Positions 9,502 to 16,243 of a DNA stretch of 64,000 bases are shown here, piece by piece. How positions within the stretch are numbered: position 1 is the first letter of the stretch; each line of letters starts with the position of its first letter. This stretch comes from Acidobacteriota bacterium. Lineage in GTDB: Bacteria > Acidobacteriota > Blastocatellia > Pyrinomonadales > Pyrinomonadaceae. A program made the translations under genes and the position numbers. The notes under the pieces were generated by a model, which had not been told where the DNA came from, searched no databases, and worked only from the letters and a program-made list of their open reading frames with translations. The stretch lies in contig JANOBZ010000181.1 in assembly GCA_031411895.1 (NCBI GenBank), forward strand, positions 2,998 through 66,997, read 5' to 3'.

Positions 9502-10476
9502 TTAAGCCGCTGCTTCGATCTCCGAAAAATTGCGCGTCGGAATTTCGCCGCTCCGCACCGACGCGGCGTGTTTCTGCATATTGACGACCTCGAATTTATC
9601 GGTGAACGCCTCGAGAATCTCGCCGACGAATTCGAGTTTTTTCTCGATCGGCAGATTCATCGCCGGAAAAAACTTCAGTTCCGGCGCGTCTTCACCCGAA
9701 AGAAAATCGAGCGGATGAAGCAATAAACTCAACTCCGTTCCGGTCAATCTGCACATTTCGAGCGCCGTTTTCCAGTACGCTTTCGCCGCGAATTTTGAAA
9801 ACGTCGAAAGATAAATCACATAGGAAGCGTGAATCGGCGTTTTAAAGATCGGCAGCGTCGTAACGGGAATTTCAGTCAAAGATTTTTCGCCGATCTGCCA
9901 CCGATAAGGTTTTAACGACTGAAACCCGTCCGAAAATTTACCGAACAGCTTTTTGCGTTTTTCCTTTTCTTCCGGCGACATTTCGGGCGATTTGAAAAAA
10001 TAATAAGCTCTTGCCAAAGGCGCGATGTAGGTCGGCAGCGTCGAACAGTCGTATTCATAATCGCGTTCGGCTAAAACTTCCAAAACCGTCGGACTTAACG
10101 AATAACCCGGACCGCGAAAACCAACCGGTCTTTGTCCGGTAATTTTTTCGAGCGCGTTTTCCGTCTTTTCAAATTCTTCGACGAGTTCCTGTTTCGAGTA
10201 AAGATGCAGCCACGGCTCATGCCGGAAACTATGATTGCCGATTTCGTGTCCGGCGTCGGCGATTTGCCGGATCGCGTCCGCGTTTTTCTCCAATGCCGCG
10301 TCCTGCCCGACGATAAAAAACGTGATCCGCAAATCTCTTTCCTTCAAAAACTTCAATACGCGCGGCACGCAAACGTCCAAATAAGACGGCAGCGATTCCC
10401 AGCCCGCATCGCCGTGCGTTTTCATATACGACCATTTATTGTCGAGGTCTAAACTAAGACTTGCTATCGGTTTCAT
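9502..10476 (-). CDS. Polysaccharide deacetylase family protein
   Basis: ITFFIVGQDA...GHEIGNHSFRHE NodB-type motifs. Confidence 0.85.
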   Translation of the reverse strand: MKPIASLSLDLDNKWSYMKTHGDAGWESLPSYLDVCVPRVLKFLKERDLRITFFIVGQDAALEKNADAIRQIADAGHEIGNHSFRHEPWLHLYSKQELVEEFEKTENALEKITGQRPVGFRGPGYSLSPTVLEVLAERDYEYDCSTLPTYIAPLARAYYFFKSPEMSPEEKEKRKKLFGKFSDGFQSLKPYRWQIGEKSLTEIPVTTLPIFKTPIHASYVIYLSTFSKFAAKAYWKTALEMCRLTGTELSLLLHPLDFLSGEDAPELKFFPAMNLPIEKKLEFVGEILEAFTDKFEVVNMQKHAASVRSGEIPTRNFSEIEAAA

Positions 10477-10485
10477 AAGATTTTT

Positions 10486-10556
10486 GCCACGAATTGCACG
10501 AATTACACGAATGTTTTTTTTGAATTTTATTCGTGTAATTCGTGCAATTCGTGGCT
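10486..10556. repeat. Tandem-unit hairpin element (AGCC-CACGAAT family)
   Basis: GCCACGAATTGCACGAATTACACGAAT - loop - ATTCGTGTAATTCGTGCAATTCGTGGCT; contains stop and last 9 codons of CDS 10527..11999. Confidence 0.9.
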
Positions 10557-11999
10557 AATAAATTTTTCGGCTAACTGCACCGTTTCGTTGACGTTCAAAG
10601 TTCCGTTCGTAATTTGCGCCGAATTGACGATAAAAACTCCGTCGAGCGAAGTTTTTACTTCGTGCAGATTCGCCGAATAATTTAATGTCGGAATCGGGAA
10701 AACCTGCCGGACGCGCGAGATTTTGAATTCCAAAACATCCGCGCGCAAAAAATGCGCGTACATTTTTTCGAGCGCCGCCGTGAAATTTTCTTCGATCTCG
10801 GCGTCCGTTTTGTCGAACAGTTCATCGTCGGGCGCGACGTATTTCGGCAGATAAACGAGCGCGTTGCCGCCGAACTCCTTTTTATCAACGAGCGCCGACA
10901 TCTCGATAATTCCCGTAAACGGCGTTTCGTCCGTGATGTTCGTGACGTAAAAATCCGACAAAGACTTTTTCATCAGAACCGACGCGCAGACAATGCCCTG
11001 ATATTTTATATTTTCTAATTTCGCTTTTTCTTCGGCAGATAATTGCGGGCAAATCTTTGCGGCGATTGTTGACGGGCAAGTTAAAATTACTTTATCGAAT
11101 TGGTCATTCGATTTCCGATTCGGGATTTCGGATTTCGGATTTCGTTGGTCAATTTCAGATTTCAGATTTGAAATTTGAAATTGATTTTGTAATTTATGAT
11201 CTGTAATTTGTAATTCAAATTCCTTTGCGTCTTCGCGTCTTTGCGACTTTGCGGGAAATATCTCTATTTTTTCGTCAATCGTTTCGATTCTTTCGACGCG
11301 CGAATTAAGTCTAATCTCAACACCTTTCGCTCTTAAGTGTTCGCCGAATCTTTCCAAAACTCGTGCGTAGCCGCCGCGCACGTAGCCGAACATTTCTTTC
11401 TTTAATCCCGAATTTCGCGCCGCGTACATTCTTTGGATCGTCGCCCAGATAAACGCGGCGCTCGTTTCGCGGTAGGCTTCGCCCAATTTGGCTTTCAAAA
11501 GCGGTCGCCACATTTTTTCAAACGTCCGTTTGCCCGAAAACTTTGTTAACCAGTCTTCGACCGAAATCTTTTCTAACGCTTTCCAGTCTTTAACGCGCGC
11601 AGCGTAAAAGATCGTGCCGCCGAGCCGGAATTTTGAAATTAAATCCAATGGCGGAAATTTCAAAAATTCGAGCGTGTTCGACATCGAAACGAGCTTGCCG
11701 TCGGTGTAAAATCCGGTTTTCGTTTCGACCCATTCAAATTCTTCGCCGAGACCAATTTCTTCGACGATTTTACGCGTAAACGAATCCGAAAGCAGCGTCA
11801 CGTGATAATGTTTGTCCCACGTAATGTCGCCGATCTGCCACGCGCTCGCAAGCCCGCCGATTTCATTTGCGGATTCAAAAACCGTCACCTGATTGCCCGC
11901 TTCGGTTAGCCGCAAAGCGAGCGTCAAACCGAGAAAACCCGAACCGACAATCGCGATTTTGGATTTTGGATTTTGGATTTTGGATTTTTCTGAATTCAT
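10527..11999 (-). CDS. FAD/NAD(P)-binding oxidoreductase (amine oxidase-like) with repeat-derived N-terminal extension, about 50-aa internal insert and C-terminal tail
   Basis: IAIVGSGFLGLTLA...FES dinucleotide motif; segments NPKSKIQNPKSKI, ...SNLKSEIDQRNPKSEIPNRKS... and ...SHELHELHE are encoded by tandem-repeat arrays. Confidence 0.8.
   Translation of the reverse strand: MNSEKSKIQNPKSKIAIVGSGFLGLTLALRLTEAGNQVTVFESANEIGGLASAWQIGDITWDKHYHVTLLSDSFTRKIVEEIGLGEEFEWVETKTGFYTDGKLVSMSNTLEFLKFPPLDLISKFRLGGTIFYAARVKDWKALEKISVEDWLTKFSGKRTFEKMWRPLLKAKLGEAYRETSAAFIWATIQRMYAARNSGLKKEMFGYVRGGYARVLERFGEHLRAKGVEIRLNSRVERIETIDEKIEIFPAKSQRREDAKEFELQITDHKLQNQFQISNLKSEIDQRNPKSEIPNRKSNDQFDKVILTCPSTIAAKICPQLSAEEKAKLENIKYQGIVCASVLMKKSLSDFYVTNITDETPFTGIIEMSALVDKKEFGGNALVYLPKYVAPDDELFDKTDAEIEENFTAALEKMYAHFLRADVLEFKISRVRQVFPIPTLNYSANLHEVKTSLDGVFIVNSAQITNGTLNVNETVQLAEKFISHELHELHE
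11107..11256. repeat. Concatenated single-arm tandem arrays inside a CDS
   Basis: (GATTTCG)n, (CAGATTT)2, (GAAATTT)2, (TGTAATT)3, (GCGTCTT/GCGACTT)n in series; translated in frame in CDS 10527..11999. Confidence 0.85.
11955..11989. repeat. (GGATTTT)4-5 heptamer array encoding the N-terminus of CDS 10527..11999
   Basis: GATTTTGGATTTTGGATTTTGGATTTTT read directly; gives SKIQNPKSKI. Confidence 0.9.
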
Positions 12000-12023
12000 C
12001 TTATTTGGAATTGAGAAAATGTT

Positions 12024-12383
12024 TTACCAAATTACAATTATGCCCTTTTTCTCTCTTGCTATTTGAACTGCATCTAAAATATTTTGCACTCGGGCTTTTA
12101 TGTACTCTTGCTCAAATCCCGATTCTTTTGAGAAAGCCTCCAGGTTTTCAATGATAGTTTTGAGTTCGCTTTCCAATTCATTTAATTGCTCACCACCGAC
12201 GTCCCATAAATCATGACTTTTTAATTGAGGTAAAAGCTTTAATCCTAAATTCTCCGCCAGTTCCGATCCGTATAACTTGTAGCGTGAACTTTCAAAGCCT
12301 GCTAAATCTCTGCCGTTGTCTAATTCAATATTAAATTTTTCATCATTATCGTCGTAGGCAAAAACACTCACCGATAAACTCAT
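12024..12383 (-). CDS. Hypothetical acidic protein in an AT-rich insert
   Basis: ORF 12024..12470; start moved to ATG 12383 (MSLSVSVFAYDDNDEKF), 1 nt after the upstream stop; visibly AT-richer than neighbours; no family recognised. Confidence 0.5.
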   Translation of the reverse strand: MSLSVSVFAYDDNDEKFNIELDNGRDLAGFESSRYKLYGSELAENLGLKLLPQLKSHDLWDVGGEQLNELESELKTIIENLEAFSKESGFEQEYIKARVQNILDAVQIAREKKGIIVIW

Positions 12384-12384
12384 T

Positions 12385-12987
12385 TTACAACTCTCGCACA
12401 TTTCGGTTTTCGATTTCGTATCGCAAACCGCAAACGCATTCAAATTCCTGCCGTTCCGAAGTTTCATCAAAGCGGTGAAAAAGCTGTCCGCATTTGCAGA
12501 CCGTGCCGACCGAACGCGCCGGACTGCCGATGACGAGATGAAAATCGGGAATCGTTTTCGTGACGACCGAACCCATTCCGACCATCGCCCAGCGTCCGAT
12601 CTCGAGATCGTTGCCGATCGTGCAGCCCGCGCCGATCGTCGCGCCTTCGCGCACCAAGGTCGGGAGAGTGTGTTCGTCAGGTTCCGACGGTCGCAAAGAT
12701 TTCAAATCCGGCATCGTCGCGCGCGGGAATTTATCGTTCGTAAAAGTCACGCTCGCCGAAATCATCACGCCGTCTTCGATCGAAACGGCGGCGCAGATAT
12801 AAACCATCGCGTTGATCTTTACGCGGTTGCCGATTTTTACGTCATACGCGATATAAGTTTTTTCGCCGACGATGCATTCTTCGCCGATTGTCGCGCCGTG
12901 GCGAATATGCACGTTGTCCCAAACGCTCGTGCCTTCGCCGATTTTAACGTCGTCTTCAATGATTGCCGTCGGATGAATTTTAACCAT
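12385..12987 (-). CDS. Left-handed beta-helix (hexapeptide) N-acetyltransferase, WbpD-like, with C-terminal Cys-rich extension
   Basis: Hexapeptide repeats (IGEGTSVWDNVHI, IGEECIVGEKTYI, IGNRVKINAMVYI); start at ATG 12987 (MVKIHPTAII) just 3' of a hairpin repeat. Confidence 0.8.
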   Translation of the reverse strand: MVKIHPTAIIEDDVKIGEGTSVWDNVHIRHGATIGEECIVGEKTYIAYDVKIGNRVKINAMVYICAAVSIEDGVMISASVTFTNDKFPRATMPDLKSLRPSEPDEHTLPTLVREGATIGAGCTIGNDLEIGRWAMVGMGSVVTKTIPDFHLVIGSPARSVGTVCKCGQLFHRFDETSERQEFECVCGLRYEIENRNVREL

Positions 12988-12996
12988 AAGATTTTT

Positions 12997-13070
12997 GCCC
13001 CGAACAAACACGAAAGAACACGAAAATTCTATTAAATTTATTTCGTGTCTTTTCGTGTTTTTTCGTGGCT
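12997..13070. repeat. Tandem-unit hairpin element (CACGAA family)
   Basis: GCCCCGAAcaaaCACGAAagaaCACGAA - loop - TTCGTGtcttTTCGTGttttTTCGTGGCT. Confidence 0.9.
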
Positions 13071-13337
13071 AATTCCTGTTTTCCATTCTCTATATTTTTC
13101 GCGCAGACATTCGAAACAAGGTCGAAATCCGGCGGCGATTGCGATTGATTCATCGGCGAAAAAGACGCGCTGCTTGGCATAATGACCTTTTGCTAGCCAG
13201 CGCGCCGCGCCTTTGCAGTCTAATGTGCCGTAAATCTTGTCTTTGAGATGTCCGCCCAGAGTGCCTTTCTCGGCGCTTTCGTAAAACTTGCCGTCTGTGC
13301 TGAGAAGTTTGTAAGTTTTATCGTTCGAATCGGTCAT
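13038..13337 (-). CDS. Ada-like metal-binding domain protein
   Basis: FYESAEKGTLGGH..K.YG...C..A.....GHYAKQRVFF..E..A...G.RPCFEC resembles the Ada Zn-binding N-terminal domain; last 11 codons and the stop lie inside a hairpin repeat. Confidence 0.55.
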   Translation of the reverse strand: MTDSNDKTYKLLSTDGKFYESAEKGTLGGHLKDKIYGTLDCKGAARWLAKGHYAKQRVFFADESIAIAAGFRPCFECLREKYREWKTGISHEKTRKDTK

Positions 13338-13515
13338 TTACCTCAAATCCAGCGTCGTTTTGCGATTTTTTAATCGAAAGATATCTTCTCGAAAGTAATA
13401 AATCTCTTTTCGAAAGAAACGCCTTTGCTAAATGTTTTAAAGCCTTTTCTAAAGTCTTAACAAAGAGTTAATTCAAACAACTTTTTCTTAAAATTATTTA
13501 AGAAACTGAATAAAA

Positions 13516-13694
13516 GTCGTTGAAAACGACAAATATTATAGCCCGGTGTGAAACGCCGGGTTCAGTGAACAAATTCGATTGCTCGCTGAAAGTGAGCGAC
13601 ATACGAAACGTTCGACACCTTCAGCGTCGGAAACCTTATTCGACCGTAACCCGGCGATGCTCGCCGGGCTATAATATTTGTCATCTTCGATGAC
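13516..13694. repeat. MITE-like / structured element A with hairpin-containing terminal inverted repeats
   Basis: Left GTCGTTGAAAACGACAAATATTATAGCCCGG; right CCGGGCTATAATATTTGTCATCTTCGATGAC; internal hairpins. Confidence 0.75.
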
Positions 13695-13745
13695 TCAAAT
13701 CTTCTGTTTCAAGTCTTTAAACGGCGTCTAAGAAAAACTTTAAAG

Positions 13746-13822
13746 AGTTTAGAGTCCCGCGTTTACGCGGCATTTACTTGCTTGAGAAAATAGATGCCGC
13801 CTAAAGGCGGGACTCTAAACTT
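13746..13822. repeat. Long imperfect hairpin (about 28-nt arms) downstream of CDS 13829..14839
   Basis: AGTTTAGAGTCCCGCGTTTACGCGGCAT - 20-nt loop - ATGCCGCCTAAAGGCGGGACTCTAAACT. Confidence 0.8.
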
Positions 13823-13828
13823 TTTAAT

Positions 13829-14839
13829 CTACGACGAAACCGCCGATAAACCTTTCGAATCTTCGACTCTTGCCCAGAGATTTTCATTTAATGAGCGATA
13901 CGCGGCTTCGATGACTTCGACCGAGGCGAGCGCGTCAGCCGGATTAATCAACAATTCTTCACGCCCAAGAATCGCGTTGCGAAAGTTTTCGATCTTTGCG
14001 CGGAAAGCCTGCACTTTATCGTAACCGTTACCGAAAATCGTCCAGTCGGGCGACGAATTGAGCTTGTATTTCGATTCGCGCCAGCCGATATGCAAGGTTC
14101 CGTTCGTGCCGTAAACACTGATAAAATTCGGCAGTTCCTTATTGATGCCCCACGTCAGATCGACGCTCGCGACGACGCCGTCGGCGGTTCTCGCCAGCAT
14201 CTTGACGTTTTCGTCAACCGACAGATTCTGCGTTCCCGAGGTTTCGACCGCGAGAACTTCTTTAATCGCGCCGAGAAAGTAGCGAATAATATCAACCGAA
14301 TGCGTTCCGTTGTCGATCAAAACGCCGCCGCCCGCAATTTCCCGGTTCGAATTCCAGCGCTTCGACATATCGACTTTTGCGGTAAACGCATTTTCAAACT
14401 GCACGATCTCGCCCAAAACGCCCGAAGCGAGAATCGCTTTCGCTTTGACGACGTCTTCGCAGTAACGAAACTTCGTCGCCATCGTAAACGTCACATTGCG
14501 CGTTTCGGCGGTTTCGATCATCGCTTTGGCTTCCGGCAAAGTCAGACAAAGCGGCTTTTCGCACAAAACGTTGACGCCTTTGCGCATAAAAAACATCGCG
14601 ATTTCGGGATGCGTATCGGGCGGCGTCGCGACGATCACGGCGTCGATTTCCGTACTTTCGGCAAGAGTTTGATAATTCGAAAAATGCCGCGCGCCGAACG
14701 GCTCGGCAAACGCCTTCGCCGAATCCTGATTGATGTCGGCAACCGCGACGAGCGTGCAGCAAGTGCTCTGCTGAAACGCCTGCGCGTAAGTCTGGGCAAT
14801 TCCGCCCGTTCCGATGAGTGCAAATTTAAGTTTGTTCAT
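13829..14839 (-). CDS. Gfo/Idh/MocA family oxidoreductase (WbpB-like)
   Basis: MNKLKFALIGTGGIAQ Rossmann N-terminus, EKPL motif; start moved to ATG 14839 next to a hairpin repeat. Confidence 0.85.
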   Translation of the reverse strand: MNKLKFALIGTGGIAQTYAQAFQQSTCCTLVAVADINQDSAKAFAEPFGARHFSNYQTLAESTEIDAVIVATPPDTHPEIAMFFMRKGVNVLCEKPLCLTLPEAKAMIETAETRNVTFTMATKFRYCEDVVKAKAILASGVLGEIVQFENAFTAKVDMSKRWNSNREIAGGGVLIDNGTHSVDIIRYFLGAIKEVLAVETSGTQNLSVDENVKMLARTADGVVASVDLTWGINKELPNFISVYGTNGTLHIGWRESKYKLNSSPDWTIFGNGYDKVQAFRAKIENFRNAILGREELLINPADALASVEVIEAAYRSLNENLWARVEDSKGLSAVSS

Positions 14840-14849
14840 AAAGATTTTT

Positions 14850-14917
14850 GCCACGAATAACACGAATAACACGAATTATTTTTACTTCTATTTGTGTTAT
14901 TCGTGTTATTCGTGGCT
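14850..14917. repeat. Tandem-unit hairpin element (AGCC-CACGAAT family)
   Basis: GCCACGAATAACACGAATAACACGAAT - loop - TTTGTGTTATTCGTGTTATTCGTGGCT. Confidence 0.9.
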
Positions 14918-14927
14918 AATTTTTGTT

Positions 14928-16157
14928 TTATTTAATTCTCGTTGCTTCGACCGCTTCGCGGATCGAATCGGCGAGAAATTCGATGTGTTCTTCGGTGTAT
15001 TTTTCGTTGATCGGCAGAACGAGAACGTCGTGCAAGCCTTTGATCGTTCCTTGAAAATTGTCGTCGTCGTAATTGACGGCTTCGGGGCGCGCCAAGTTAA
15101 ACGGATAATGCGAATCGCCGAACGTATTCTGGTCGCGGAAAATCATACATTTATAAGCCGGTTTTACGACATAGCGCGGAGCTGAGGCAACGTCGTAAAC
15201 CTTCAAAGCTTTCGCGAGTCCGACCGCGCCGTCTTCGATCTTTGCGTCGTCAACGCGCAGGCAGAATTTCCAGTAAGTCATTGTCGAGCCGTCCGCCGGT
15301 TTATAACTTTCGATGCCGTCAATACCGGCGATCTTTTCGTCGAGCAGCGCCGCCATTTTCTGACGCTGCGAGACGGAATAATCGAGTTTCTTTAATTGTT
15401 CATAGGCGATTGCCGCTTGGAGTTCGGTCATTCGATAATTCAATGAAGCGAAATAATGGTCGGGATTCGCATCGCCGTAGCCCCAGGCTTTATTGATGAA
15501 AAGATACATTCGGCGGGCGATCGCGTCGTCATTCGTGACGACGATGCCGCCTTCGCCGGTCGTCATCTGTTTGCCCTGCTGGAACGAAAATGCGCCGATC
15601 TTACCGATCGTTCCCGCGTATTTTCCGTCGCACAAAGCCATAAAAGACTGCGCCGTGTCTTCGATCACCGGAATTCCGCGTTTCTCAGCGAGCTTCATGA
15701 TCGCTTCCATTTCGCACGGGTTGCCGAAAAGATGCGTCACGATAATCGCTTTGGTGCGCTCAGATAAAACCCGTTCGATGGTTTCAGCCGTTACGTTCAA
15801 AGTTTTCGGGTCAACGTCGGCAAAAACCGGAATCGCGCCCTGAAAGATGATCGGCGTCAAAGCGCCCATATCGGTGATCGAAGTCGTGACGATCTCGTCG
15901 CCCGGATTCGGATTGATCGCCGCAACCGCAACGTGTACCGCCGCCGAGCCGGAATTACACGCGTAAGCATATTTAACGCCGAGCTTTTCGGCGAATTCCT
16001 GCTCTAAAAGCTTGCCGTATTTGCCTTTCGTCGTGATCAGCACGCCGGATTGTAAAACTTCCGTCACGGCACGGATTTCCTCCGCGCCGAAAGTGCGCCC
16101 CGAAATGTCCTGATCTGATGGTAATTTGATGATTTCTTTTTCTAATGTCGGTGTCAT
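14928..16157 (-). CDS. DegT/DnrJ/EryC1/StrS family PLP-dependent sugar aminotransferase (WbpE-like)
   Basis: 409 aa; SGSAAVHVAV, FSFQQGKQMTTGEGG (PLP-lysine region) motifs. Confidence 0.9.
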   Translation of the reverse strand: MTPTLEKEIIKLPSDQDISGRTFGAEEIRAVTEVLQSGVLITTKGKYGKLLEQEFAEKLGVKYAYACNSGSAAVHVAVAAINPNPGDEIVTTSITDMGALTPIIFQGAIPVFADVDPKTLNVTAETIERVLSERTKAIIVTHLFGNPCEMEAIMKLAEKRGIPVIEDTAQSFMALCDGKYAGTIGKIGAFSFQQGKQMTTGEGGIVVTNDDAIARRMYLFINKAWGYGDANPDHYFASLNYRMTELQAAIAYEQLKKLDYSVSQRQKMAALLDEKIAGIDGIESYKPADGSTMTYWKFCLRVDDAKIEDGAVGLAKALKVYDVASAPRYVVKPAYKCMIFRDQNTFGDSHYPFNLARPEAVNYDDDNFQGTIKGLHDVLVLPINEKYTEEHIEFLADSIREAVEATRIK

Positions 16158-16167
16158 AATTTTATAA

Positions 16168-16243
16168 ACGGTAAATGGTGAATGGTAAATGGTAAATGGT
16201 TATACAAAGACATCAACCGTTTACCATTCACCATTTACCATTT
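16168..16243. repeat. Tandem-unit hairpin element (GGTAAAT heptamer family)
   Basis: ACGGTAAATGGTGAATGGTAAATGGTAAATGG - loop - CCGTTTACCATTCACCATTTACCATTT; contains the stop of CDS 16235..17953. Confidence 0.9.

Noticed and set aside
16168-16243. Whether the tandem short repeats could be CRISPR arrays.
   Set aside because: The units are only 7-10 nt and are directly adjacent with no unique spacers. Each is followed by its own inverted copy. No cas genes are present.
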